Shown here: positions 1 to 9,432 of the stretch, piece after piece | Layout of the letters: every line of letters begins with the position of its first letter | How positions within the stretch are numbered: position 1 is the first letter of the stretch | NCBI GenBank assembly: GCA_000431815.1 | Contig: FR889219.1 | Coordinates: 422 to 64,421, forward strand | Length of the DNA: 64,000 nt | Direction of reading: 5' to 3' | From: Butyrivibrio sp. CAG:318 | GTDB lineage: Bacteria; Bacillota; Clostridia; Lachnospirales; Lachnospiraceae | Notes under the pieces: model-generated | What the model was told of the DNA's origin: nothing | What the model saw: the letters and a program-made list of their open reading frames with translations, nothing else | Databases searched by the model: none | Made by a program: the position numbers and the translations under genes

Positions 1-2
1 TT

Positions 3-290
3 TCAGAACTGCACAAATTTGGACTTTTTTATCTTAACAAAGGTAAATGGAACGGAAAACAGATTTTATCTGAAGAATGGATCGAAGAAAGCACAAAGCC
101 TTCTGATACAGATTATTATGGTTATCTTTTTTGGAGGGGAGAATACAATTCTTTCAGAGCAGACGGAAAATATTCTCAGCTATCAATGGTTGTTCCTGAT
201 AAGAATACGGTTATCTCTCTTGTTGCCGAATGCCGTAAAGGTGAAGAACTTATGCGTGCATTATATGATTTTGTGTGTTCAAAATTATAA
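3..290 (+). CDS. 3' end of a serine hydrolase (beta-lactamase family), truncated by the window edge
   Basis: Frame 3 is open from the window start and reads SELHKFGLFYLNKGKWNGKQILSEEWIEEST...YYGYLFW...FRADGKYSQ...VVPDKN to TAA at 288-290, typical of the class C beta-lactamase-like C-terminus. Not listed in the ORF track. Confidence 0.75.
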   Translation, partial: SELHKFGLFYLNKGKWNGKQILSEEWIEESTKPSDTDYYGYLFWRGEYNSFRADGKYSQLSMVVPDKNTVISLVAECRKGEELMRALYDFVCSKL

Positions 291-310
291 ACTTACATTT
301 AGCACATACA

Positions 311-366
311 TGTTGACAACTCAACAAGTATGTGTTATTCTTTGTATCAATGTTGATTTATCAACA
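311..366. promoter_or_regulatory. two copies of a palindromic operator TGTTGA-N4-TCAACA
   Basis: TGTTGAcaacTCAACA at 311-326 (over the -35) and TGTTGAtttaTCAACA at 351-366 (just downstream of the -10). Confidence 0.65.
313..341 (+). promoter_or_regulatory. sigma-A promoter for the 396..1622 gene
   Basis: TTGACA (313-318), 17 nt, TATTCT (336-341) with extended TG at 333-334. Confidence 0.7.
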
Positions 367-395
367 TCTAAAATAATACAAAGGACTTAAGACAA

Positions 396-1622
396 ATGAA
401 GACTAAGAAAATCAGAAAGATAATACTTATCGTTGTTGCGGCTGTAGTGGGCCTTATACTGGCTGTGGTAATTGCGGCGGCAATTATATGGAGGCATGAG
501 ATTGGAAGTATAGCATCAATTAAGAAAGTAGTTGATGCCAAGGGCGATAACAACAGCGGACCGGTATATATGATGGATGTGAAAGGCGATTACTATTTTG
601 ATAAGTTCATTAAAGAAGGCGGAGTTTCAAATGACCAGGAACTTATTAATTTTATTGTTGATAACATCACTAAAGGAATTCTGCCAATTTCCATCAAGGC
701 ACCTACAATAGGATGTTCATCATTTACTGCGCAGGATGCGGACGGTGACAGATATTTTGGCCGTAATTATGATTTTAGCACGACAACCGCTATGATAGTT
801 AAGACTGATCCGGGTCACGGAAGGTATGCCTCGATATCAAGCGTGGATTTACAGTTCCTCGGAATCAAAGATGGCGCTGAACTCGACGGAATGATGCAGA
901 AATTAATATGTCTTGCGGCACCGTTTGTTCCGCTTGACGGAATTAATGAGAAAGGCGTTTCGTGTGGAATTTATATGTCATATCAGGGACCGGAAGGGGA
1001 AGTTGTGGCGACCAACCAGACAAGTGACAAGCCGGATATAACATCGACGACAATGCTGAGAATGATACTTGATTATGCATCGAGTGTTGATGAGGCTGTG
1101 GAACTGGTGCAGAAGTATGATCTGCATGACAGCGCAGGAACATCATTTCATTACATGGTAGCCGACAGCACAGGGCGTTCTGCAATACTTGAATGGGTTG
1201 CCAAAGATGATGATAGTGATACGGACGGAAGCGCGAGGGAGCTGAAGGTATATTATAACGATGATGATGCCGCACTCGGTACATATGAAGAACGTAATGA
1301 TTTCCAGTACGTGACGAATTTTATTGTCACACCGGATTATTATTCCAATGAAGAGTCAATGAAAGGATATGACCGTTATCAGGCGATAGAGAAAGCAATT
1401 AATCCTGATGGCAGTAATGTAAACGGTGTGGTTACAGCAGATGAAGCCATGGATGTGTTAAAAATGGTAGGACGCAGAAAGTGGGATAAAGAACAGGGCA
1501 AATCGGATTCCAACAGCATTACGGTCTGGTCGGCACTCTATAATCTCACGGACCGCACGGTTACATGGGTAAGCAATGAAGAATATGGCAACAGCGATGC
1601 CATATTTAAACTGGGATTTTAA
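396..1622 (+). CDS. membrane-anchored Ntn-hydrolase (linear amide C-N hydrolase / choloylglycine hydrolase-like)
   Basis: N-terminal basic + hydrophobic helix; internal GCSSF (predicted autocleavage Cys nucleophile), FGRNYDF, DGINEKG, VTNF, YDRY and TVWSALYN motifs. Confidence 0.8.
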   Translation: MKTKKIRKIILIVVAAVVGLILAVVIAAAIIWRHEIGSIASIKKVVDAKGDNNSGPVYMMDVKGDYYFDKFIKEGGVSNDQELINFIVDNITKGILPISIKAPTIGCSSFTAQDADGDRYFGRNYDFSTTTAMIVKTDPGHGRYASISSVDLQFLGIKDGAELDGMMQKLICLAAPFVPLDGINEKGVSCGIYMSYQGPEGEVVATNQTSDKPDITSTTMLRMILDYASSVDEAVELVQKYDLHDSAGTSFHYMVADSTGRSAILEWVAKDDDSDTDGSARELKVYYNDDDAALGTYEERNDFQYVTNFIVTPDYYSNEESMKGYDRYQAIEKAINPDGSNVNGVVTADEAMDVLKMVGRRKWDKEQGKSDSNSITVWSALYNLTDRTVTWVSNEEYGNSDAIFKLGF

Positions 1623-1634
1623 TATTGAAATAAT

Positions 1635-1668
1635 AAAAGCCATTTATCAAATACGATAAATGGCTTTT
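1635..1668. terminator. bidirectional intrinsic terminator
   Basis: AAAAGCCATTTATC-aaatac-GATAAATGGCTTTT between convergent genes. Confidence 0.8.
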
Positions 1669-1675
1669 GTAAAAA

Positions 1676-3163
1676 TTATCTGAACAATTCGTGTACCATA
1701 TCAGCATTGTATGTGACGCTTGTTACATGATTGACCTCAATTTCATAGAGCGCATGTGCTGCAAGATGCTCAGCGGCCTGTTCGAGGTCACGGATACCGG
1801 TTGTGTCCTTAAAAATATCAAGAACGGCATCAAGACCGTCGTCAAGTACAACACATTCCTCCTTGTGAAGACCTATGCGTTTGAGAACCTTTGGAAGCGA
1901 AAACTGCGAAAAAATTGTTTTTTTCTCATCGCGTGTGTAATCCGGAATATCAATTACTGCAAAACGTGACAGAAGCGGTGCGCTTATCTGGTCCTTGTAA
2001 TTGGCGGTTGCAATCGGATATACACCGGAAGTCGGAATAAGGCATTCCATGTAATTATCGGTGAAACCGAGGTTGTCAAGTAATGTCAGAAGAACATCGG
2101 CAGGATTACCGTTGCCGTTACCGGCAGTTGCCTTGTCAAGCTCGTTGATTATGAATACGAGGTTGGATTCACCCGCCATATTGAAGGCTTCCATGATAAT
2201 GCCGGGCTTGGCATTCGAATAAATTCTTGAACTTCCTGTGAGCTGCTCCGCATCGTTGATGGAACTCATATCAAGAGTTGTCCACGGTAATTTAAGGATT
2301 TTCGCTACAAGGTAGGCAATCTGGGATTTACCGGTTCCTGCGGGACCGACAAGGAGAATACCGTAGGCAGGGAGTGTATGTGTTCTGTTAATCTGGATAA
2401 TAGTCTCTATGATACGCTGTTTGACGCGTTCCATACCAAAAAGCTCTTCATCAAGAATCCGTCTGGCCTCGACCGGGTCAATCGATTCAAAATAATTGCT
2501 CTTCCATTTAATATTAAGCATGATCGAAAGCGCGCGCTGCGCATGGCGTTTCTCTTCAGGAGTTACCTCTGAGGAACGTGCGACAACAAGGTTACGGCGT
2601 GCCCAGAGCCTGATGTTGTCCGGCAGTGTTATTCCGGCACAGTTAAGAAAATCGGAAATGCTTGTGATACTTGTAAGCTTCATGCTGTCGCCGGATTCAT
2701 CAGGTTCATCATCGGAAAAATCGCCTGAAGAATGTGCACTGCTTTCGAGAAGCCTTTCTATCATGAATTGAAGGAAACCGTCTTCCGCAGAAAGTTTGGC
2801 ACCGCCGCCGAAAGCCACTTCGCGTATCTTATATACTGCATAACCGTCTTCGCGGTTCTCACCTGTAAGCTTGATTCTGACGCGGTTTTCACCAAGCCAT
2901 TTGATAAGGCTTGTGAAGCGGGAATCGACCTTTAAGATGTTGGCGAGCATGACATTGCCGTCAAGCTGGAATTCAAAAGCAGTTTTCTTATATGGGTTGG
3001 AAAAAATACCGATTGAATGATGCGCCCATTTATTCTCGGAGTTATACAGGACGAGAATCGGATGCTCAGGTGAAGTCACGGTATTGCTGGATGTAAAAGT
3101 GGTGTAGGTGCATTCAAAAGAAGAGGTCGTATTGGATGCACTTTTTGAATCATATACAAGCAT
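1676..3163 (-). CDS. Lon-like AAA+ ATPase lacking the protease domain
   Basis: LDEELFGMERVKQRIIE, Walker A GPAGTGKS, Walker B variant FIINELDK, GNPADVLLTLLD, IATAN, PLLSRF and GIRDLE match the LonA AAA module. The ORF ends without a Ser-Lys protease domain. Confidence 0.75.
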   Translation of the reverse strand: MLVYDSKSASNTTSSFECTYTTFTSSNTVTSPEHPILVLYNSENKWAHHSIGIFSNPYKKTAFEFQLDGNVMLANILKVDSRFTSLIKWLGENRVRIKLTGENREDGYAVYKIREVAFGGGAKLSAEDGFLQFMIERLLESSAHSSGDFSDDEPDESGDSMKLTSITSISDFLNCAGITLPDNIRLWARRNLVVARSSEVTPEEKRHAQRALSIMLNIKWKSNYFESIDPVEARRILDEELFGMERVKQRIIETIIQINRTHTLPAYGILLVGPAGTGKSQIAYLVAKILKLPWTTLDMSSINDAEQLTGSSRIYSNAKPGIIMEAFNMAGESNLVFIINELDKATAGNGNGNPADVLLTLLDNLGFTDNYMECLIPTSGVYPIATANYKDQISAPLLSRFAVIDIPDYTRDEKKTIFSQFSLPKVLKRIGLHKEECVVLDDGLDAVLDIFKDTTGIRDLEQAAEHLAAHALYEIEVNHVTSVTYNADMVHELFR

Positions 3164-3220
3164 TATGTACGCTCCTGTTTTATAGTATTTTTTTAATCAT
3201 AACATAGTCCGGCGCATAAA

Positions 3221-4561
3221 TCAAAATGTAATCTTTCGGTAACTGTGTATAAAATATATAATCTCAGCCGCCGCCGTTATAAACCATGAAAAAATATATA
3301 ATAAATACAAAGAAGGTATCGTATGGAAATATGCAAAAATTGTGTAAACCCATATGACACGGAATACACAGGATCCCATTATTACTATAATTGTGGGAAC
3401 AAGACTTTTGCCGATGCCCCTTGATGCGCTGATTGTGCAGTCCATTAAAGGCGCGACTGCAAAGGAAAACCACATTATTCCGATACGCTCCATTCCGGCA
3501 TCGATAACAGCCCCCTTGGATGTAAATAGTGACAAAAATTCCCGTCCGGACAATATTAAAATAATACCGAGAATTAACGCGGCAGCGGTTGCATAAGTCA
3601 GACTTACTAGATAACTTTTCAGCACTCTTTTTCTGTTGCGGGCACCAAGATTCTGACCGGCAAAGGTGGCGCATGCGGTGTAAAATGCGGCTAGGACATT
3701 GAATATGATTGTGTCGGCATTGGATGCTGCGGAATTGCCGCTGACCATTATCTCGTCAAAGGAATTGACACCTGTCTGCACGAACAGATTGGCAATCGCA
3801 AAAATAGCATTCTGAAGTCCTGCCGGAAGACCCAAAGCAAGAACACGGACTGCAGCATTCTTATGGAATCTGATGTGCGACGGCGTAAAACGGCATGCAT
3901 CATTACGGTGAAGCAGATGTATGAGGATGAGTGCTGCCGATACATACTGGCTTATCGCACTTGCCATGGCAACCCCGTCTGCGGCGCGGTGGCACTTAAT
4001 TACGAAGAAGAGATTGAGTATTACGTTCAGTGTTCCGGAGATGGCAAGATATATAAGCGGACGGGTGGTCTCGCCGCGGGCGCTTAAGATACCGTTGCCC
4101 CAGTTATATATCGCCATACCCGGAAGACCTATGGCATAAATTCTCAGATACATTATTGCACCGTCAATAAGTTCAGGCTTGGTGTGCAGAATGGAAAGCA
4201 TCCATTCGGCACCGAAGACACATACAGCGCAGATTATAAGTCCGACTGAAAGACATATTATAAAAGAAGTATGTATGGTCTCACCGACGGCTTTGCTGTC
4301 GTCGGAGCCTAGCATATGTGCCACGCGGACATTGACACCGCTTCCCATTCCTATAAGAAATCCTATAAATAATGATACCAGCAGCGTTGTAGAACCTACT
4401 GAACCAAGCGCCCTGTAATCAGCGAACTTGCCTACAATGGCAACATCGCTTATGTTAAACATTACTTCAAGTAATTGTGACAGCATAAGCGGAATGCTGA
4501 AAAGAAGTATATTTTTCCATAATGACCCCGTTGTCATTTGTATTTTGTCTGCTTTATTCAT
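3221..4561 (-). CDS. MATE family efflux transporter
   Basis: 446 aa, about 12 TM; FSIPLMLSQLL..FNISDVAIVG, RGETTRPL and GQNLGA motifs. Confidence 0.9.
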   Translation of the reverse strand: MNKADKIQMTTGSLWKNILLFSIPLMLSQLLEVMFNISDVAIVGKFADYRALGSVGSTTLLVSLFIGFLIGMGSGVNVRVAHMLGSDDSKAVGETIHTSFIICLSVGLIICAVCVFGAEWMLSILHTKPELIDGAIMYLRIYAIGLPGMAIYNWGNGILSARGETTRPLIYLAISGTLNVILNLFFVIKCHRAADGVAMASAISQYVSAALILIHLLHRNDACRFTPSHIRFHKNAAVRVLALGLPAGLQNAIFAIANLFVQTGVNSFDEIMVSGNSAASNADTIIFNVLAAFYTACATFAGQNLGARNRKRVLKSYLVSLTYATAAALILGIILILSGREFLSLFTSKGAVIDAGMERIGIMWFSFAVAPLMDCTISASRGIGKSLVPTIIVIMGSCVFRVIWVYTIFAYFHTIPSLYLLYIFSWFITAAAEIIYFIHSYRKITF

Positions 4562-4684
4562 GATTACAACCTTTATGACTTTATTTTCTTAGTAAATACA
4601 GAATACTCCCGAAAAAAAGTTTTGTAAAGCCGTGAAAATATGTCATAATATAAAAAGAATATATTCAGATAAGGAGATAATAAG

Positions 4685-5659
4685 ATGTGTACAGCGGCAA
4701 CATATAAAACTAAAGGAGCGTATTACGGAAGAACGCTTGACTATGAATTTTCATACGGAGAGGAAGTGTGCATAACACCGAGAAATTATCGATTTGATTT
4801 CAGGTATATGGGAAGCATGGACAGACATTATGCAATTATCGGGATGGCATTTATCTCGGATGGCTATCCGTTGTATTATGATGCTATGAATGAGAAAGGA
4901 TTGTGGATGGCCGGACTGAATTTTGTCGGCAATGCCGTTTATGCCGATGCCAAAGACGGACTTAAGAATGTGGCGCAGTACGAGTTCATTCCGTGGGTAT
5001 TGTCACAGTGTGCCGATATTAATGATGCAAGAACCAAGGTAAGTGAAATAAACCTTGTGGGAACACCGTACAGCGATAAACTGCCTGCGGCTGAACTGCA
5101 TTGGATAATTGCGGACGGGACAGGTTCGATAACGGTTGAAAGCACGGATAAAGGACTTGCAATATATGACAATCCTGCCGGCGTGCTTACCAATAATCCG
5201 CCTTTTGACATGCAGATGTTCGGGCTTAATAATTATATGCAGCTTTCTCCCAAGCAGCCGGATAACAGATTTTCAACTGAACTGGAACTTAAGACATACA
5301 GCCGTGGAATGGGTGCATTGGGACTTCCGGGAGATTTATCATCCGCGTCAAGGTTTGTGAGGGTGGCATATACAAGAGCCAACTCTGTATCGGGGGAAAG
5401 TGAAACAGAAAGCGTGGGACAGTTTTTTCATATACTGGGTTCTGTTGAGCAGCAGAGAGGCTGTTGTGAAGTGTCGGAAGGAAAGTACGAGATTACTATA
5501 TATACATCATGCTGTAGTGCTGACAAAGGAATTTATTATTATACAACATACAATGATAGGCAGATTAATGCCGTTGACATGAACAGGGAAGACCTTGATG
5601 GCAGCAGCCTTGTGCGTTATCCGCTTATTCAGGCGGAAAATATCAACTATGTCAACTGA
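4685..5659 (+). CDS. bsh: bile salt hydrolase (choloylglycine hydrolase)
   Basis: N-terminal MCTA (Cys2 nucleophile), GRTLDYE, NEKGL, GLNF, LTNNPP and GLPGDLSSASRFVR; RBS AAGGAG; 324 aa. Confidence 0.88.
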   Translation: MCTAATYKTKGAYYGRTLDYEFSYGEEVCITPRNYRFDFRYMGSMDRHYAIIGMAFISDGYPLYYDAMNEKGLWMAGLNFVGNAVYADAKDGLKNVAQYEFIPWVLSQCADINDARTKVSEINLVGTPYSDKLPAAELHWIIADGTGSITVESTDKGLAIYDNPAGVLTNNPPFDMQMFGLNNYMQLSPKQPDNRFSTELELKTYSRGMGALGLPGDLSSASRFVRVAYTRANSVSGESETESVGQFFHILGSVEQQRGCCEVSEGKYEITIYTSCCSADKGIYYYTTYNDRQINAVDMNREDLDGSSLVRYPLIQAENINYVN

Positions 5660-5739
5660 CACCTCTTTATGCTTGCATAATAATACAGAGTTGTGGTATC
5701 ATTAATAAATATTTCAGAAAACAGAAAGAGGAATGAAGA

Positions 5740-7275
5740 ATGTTGTCATCAACTATTAATTTTTGTATCATTGCAACGATAGTGGTCTATCTTCTTGCAA
5801 TGCTTGCGATTGGTTTTGTGTTCAGCAAGAACAACAGCGACAGTAAGGATTTCTATCTCGGCGGACGTAAGATGGGACCGATTGTTACGGCCATGAGTGC
5901 AGAAGCAAGTGATATGTCCAGCTGGCTTTTGATGGGACTTCCCGGTCTGGCATATCTTACAGGTGTGGCCAACCCGGCCTGGACAGCCATCGGACTTGGA
6001 ATCGGAACATGGTTTAACTGGCTTATAGTTGCCAGACGTCTCCGCAGATATTCTGCGAATATTAATGCAATTACAGTGCCGGAGTTCTACTCAAAGAGAT
6101 ACCACGATAACTCCAACGTGCTTAATGCCATTGCGGCGCTGGTAATAATCGTGTTTTTCATACCGTATACGGCATCAGGTTTTGCGGCCTGCGGTAAGCT
6201 TTTTAACAGCCTTTTCGGTGTTGACTATATGGTAGCAATGTTAATCTCGGCGGCGGTTATCGTAGGATATACAATTATGGGCGGTTTCAAGGCCGTTTCG
6301 ACAACCGATCTTATACAGAGTATAGTTATGACAATTGCACTTGTAGTAGTTGTTACATTCGGAATCAGCAAGGCAGGCGGTGTAGAGGCTGTCATAGACA
6401 ATGCAAAGAGTCTTCCGGGATATCTTTCAATGAAAGCTTCATATGATGTCGGAACCAATTCATCGACACCGTACAGTTTTCTCACAATAGTATCCACCAT
6501 AGCATGGGGACTCGGATATTTCGGCATGCCGCACATATTGCTCAGATTTATGGCAATCAAGGATGAGAAGAAGCTTGTGCTTTCGAGAAGAATAGCAACA
6601 ATCTGGGTATTCATAGCGATGGGAATTACTATCTTCATCGGTATGGTAGGCCTTGGAATGACTAAAGCCGGAGAACTCGGTTTCCTTTCGGGAAGTTCAA
6701 GTGAGACGATTATCGTTGAGATTGCGGGTCTTATAAGCAGGCATGGAGTGCTTGCCGCAATAGTTGCCGGACTTATTCTTGCCGGAATCCTTGCAGCGAC
6801 AATGTCAACGGCTGACAGCCAGATGCTCGCAGCTGCATCAAGTGTATCGCAGAATATAGTACAGGATTTCTTCAAAGTTAAGATAAGTGAGAAAAAAAGC
6901 CTTCTTGTAGCAAGACTCACGATAGTAGTAATAAGCCTTATCGGTGTATTTCTTGCAAGAGATCCTAATTCGAGTGTATTTAATATAGTATCATTTGCAT
7001 GGGCAGGATTCGGAGGAGCGTTCGGAGCGGTAACACTTTGTGCGTTGTTCTGGAAGAGAAGCAATAAATGGGGCGCACTTGCCGGAATGATTGGCGGCGG
7101 TGTTATGGTTTTTGTATGGAAATACGCCATCAGCCGCCTCGGAGGAGCATGGAGTATTTATGAACTCCTGCCTGCATTCATCTTCTCATTGATCCTTGAC
7201 ATAGTTGTCAGCCTTCTCACAAAGAAGCCTGATGAGACGATAGCCAGGGAATTTGAGGCTGCCAAGACAAAATAA
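5740..7275 (+). CDS. putP: sodium/proline symporter
   Basis: DFYLGGRKMGPIVTAMSAEASDMSSWLLMGLPG, WGLGYFGMPHILLRFMA and AATMSTADSQML motifs. Confidence 0.9.
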   Translation: MLSSTINFCIIATIVVYLLAMLAIGFVFSKNNSDSKDFYLGGRKMGPIVTAMSAEASDMSSWLLMGLPGLAYLTGVANPAWTAIGLGIGTWFNWLIVARRLRRYSANINAITVPEFYSKRYHDNSNVLNAIAALVIIVFFIPYTASGFAACGKLFNSLFGVDYMVAMLISAAVIVGYTIMGGFKAVSTTDLIQSIVMTIALVVVVTFGISKAGGVEAVIDNAKSLPGYLSMKASYDVGTNSSTPYSFLTIVSTIAWGLGYFGMPHILLRFMAIKDEKKLVLSRRIATIWVFIAMGITIFIGMVGLGMTKAGELGFLSGSSSETIIVEIAGLISRHGVLAAIVAGLILAGILAATMSTADSQMLAAASSVSQNIVQDFFKVKISEKKSLLVARLTIVVISLIGVFLARDPNSSVFNIVSFAWAGFGGAFGAVTLCALFWKRSNKWGALAGMIGGGVMVFVWKYAISRLGGAWSIYELLPAFIFSLILDIVVSLLTKKPDETIAREFEAAKTK

Positions 7276-7296
7276 ATTATTGATACATATGAATTT

Positions 7297-7328
7297 AAAC
7301 ACCGCGTCAGTAAAATGATGCGGTGTTT
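7297..7328 (+). other. stem-loop between putP and mgtE (weak terminator or mRNA stabiliser)
   Basis: AAACACCGCGTCA-gtaaaa-TGATGCGGTGTTT, 13-bp stem with one G.U pair and only a short U tail. Confidence 0.55.
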
Positions 7329-7353
7329 CAGCGAGAAGAGAAAGGAGATAGTT

Positions 7354-8733
7354 ATGTCAGAAAAGAATTACGTGCAGGAACTTGTGGATATAATAAGATC
7401 AGGCCTTCCGGAAAATGAACTTGTGGACAGAATATCGGATTATCATGATAATGATATTGCCGATGCGCTCACAAAGCTTGATAAAGAAGAACGTGTCAAA
7501 GTATATTATGCGATGGGCGCGGAACGCATGGCTGAGATTTTTGCATATCTCGATGACGCTGAGGATTACCTGAGAGAACTCCCGATGGAGAGCGTGGCCA
7601 GGGTGATTTCCGAAATGGACTCGGATGATGCTGTCGATGTCCTTGAAGACATGGATGACACGACAAGGCACAGAATAGTCGAAATGCTTGATGAAGATGC
7701 CGGGGATGACGTAAGGCTCCTGCTCTCATATGATGACGATGAAATCGGTAGCTGCATGACTACGAATTTTATCGTTATCCATAACAATCTCACGATCAGG
7801 CAGGCCATGCACGAACTGGTAAAACAGGCCGGTGACAATGACAATATTTCAACGATATATGTAATAGATGATAATGATAAATTTTACGGGGCAATTGATT
7901 TAAAAGATCTTATAGTTGCCAGAGAGAATGATAATCTTGAGGACTTGATAAGCCGTTCGTATCCGTATGTGAGAACGCGCGAGAAGATAAGCGAATGTAT
8001 TGAAGAACTCAAGGATTATGCGGAGGATTCCATCCCGGTACTTCTTGAAAACGGTAAGATTGCCGGTATCATAACCGCACAGGATATCGTCGAAGCGGTC
8101 GATGATGAGATGGGTGAGGATTATGCAAAGCTTGCCGGTCTTACTTCCGAAGAGGATCTTAACGAATCGACACTCTTAAGTATGAAAAAAAGACTTCCGT
8201 GGCTCATAATACTTCTTTTTCTCGGAATGGGGGTATCGTCCGTCGTGGGAATATTCGAAGAAGTTGTGGCAGTGCTTCCGGTAGTGATGTGTTTCCAGTC
8301 ACTCATACTTGATATGGCAGGCAATGTCGGAACGCAGTCACTTGCCGTCACAATCCGCGTCCTCATGGACGAGAATCTGACGGTGGCCCAGAAATTAAAG
8401 CTCGTGGTCAAAGAAATGAAGACGGGATTCTTAAACGGCGTGTGTCTTGCTGTCATGTCATTTCTGTTCCTTGGACTATATATACATTTTTTCAGAAAAT
8501 ATGATATAGGACATTCATTCCTTATCGCGGCCTGCGTAGGAGCAGCGCTTATCGTTGCGATGGTGATATCAAGCCTTGTGGGAACGGTCATACCTATATT
8601 TTTCAAGAAAATCAAGGTCGACCCGGCGGTTGCATCCGGCCCGCTCATCACAACGGTCAATGACCTGGTGGCCGTTGTGGTATATTACGGCCTGGCATGG
8701 ATTTTTCTTATAAATATGCTGCATATTGCGTAG
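7354..8733 (+). CDS. mgtE: magnesium transporter MgtE
   Basis: Acidic N domain, CBS pair, KRLPWL, GNVGTQS and DPAVASGPLITTVND; start moved to ATG 7354 behind AAAGGAG. Confidence 0.92.
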   Translation: MSEKNYVQELVDIIRSGLPENELVDRISDYHDNDIADALTKLDKEERVKVYYAMGAERMAEIFAYLDDAEDYLRELPMESVARVISEMDSDDAVDVLEDMDDTTRHRIVEMLDEDAGDDVRLLLSYDDDEIGSCMTTNFIVIHNNLTIRQAMHELVKQAGDNDNISTIYVIDDNDKFYGAIDLKDLIVARENDNLEDLISRSYPYVRTREKISECIEELKDYAEDSIPVLLENGKIAGIITAQDIVEAVDDEMGEDYAKLAGLTSEEDLNESTLLSMKKRLPWLIILLFLGMGVSSVVGIFEEVVAVLPVVMCFQSLILDMAGNVGTQSLAVTIRVLMDENLTVAQKLKLVVKEMKTGFLNGVCLAVMSFLFLGLYIHFFRKYDIGHSFLIAACVGAALIVAMVISSLVGTVIPIFFKKIKVDPAVASGPLITTVNDLVAVVVYYGLAWIFLINMLHIA

Positions 8734-8741
8734 AAAAATAA

Positions 8742-9416
8742 TTATTTTTCCGCCCATTCAAGCATGTGGTTAAGCCCTTTCTTGCTGCCTGATATAAAAA
8801 GAATATCGCCGTCCTTGAATTTATAATCCGGGTCGACATTATCAATGACGGAACCTTTATTTTCGATAGCGATGATATTGGTTCCGAATTCTTTACGCAG
8901 ATTGACATCACGGACAGCCATGCCGATGATTTTATCGGGTACATTTAATTTGCTGATGCTTATTTTTTCGCTGAGCTGCACAAAGTCAAGAATTTTGGAA
9001 GTCTCAAGCCTGTGTGCGAGGCGGATTGCCATATCACGTTCAGGGTAAACGACCTCGGCACCGAGTTTCTCTAAGATTTCACCGTGTTCAATGCTTGTCG
9101 CCTTGGAGATGACGGCAGGGACACCGAGGCTTACCAGATTAAGGGTGGTAAGGATTGATGTGTCCATATGGGAACCGGTGCATACAATCGCAACATCACA
9201 ATTCTGAATGCCGGTCTCTGCAAGGGATTTCTTGTCAAGATTATGAACGACATATGCATTGTCAGTGTAATCGCGCAGTTCGCGCACCTTCTCTTCATCA
9301 CGGTCAAGTACCATTATATCCGCATCGGCGGTCGCAAGCTCTATTGCAAGCGCATAACCGAAACGTCCAAGACCGATTATACCGTATGTCTTTTTTGCAT
9401 TTTTTTTCTTATACAT
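8742..9416 (-). CDS. ktrA: Ktr/Trk K+ uptake RCK regulatory subunit
   Basis: GLGRFG Rossmann motif, LEKLGAEVVYPERDMA, C-terminal RCK_C domain. Confidence 0.85.
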   Translation of the reverse strand: MYKKKNAKKTYGIIGLGRFGYALAIELATADADIMVLDRDEEKVRELRDYTDNAYVVHNLDKKSLAETGIQNCDVAIVCTGSHMDTSILTTLNLVSLGVPAVISKATSIEHGEILEKLGAEVVYPERDMAIRLAHRLETSKILDFVQLSEKISISKLNVPDKIIGMAVRDVNLRKEFGTNIIAIENKGSVIDNVDPDYKFKDGDILFISGSKKGLNHMLEWAEK

Positions 9417-9432
9417 ATCAAATCTCCTTAAA

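Noticed and set aside
19..390. 123-aa ORF in the ORF track
   Set aside because: It overlaps the real frame-3 serine hydrolase tail and the next promoter, and has no protein-like features.
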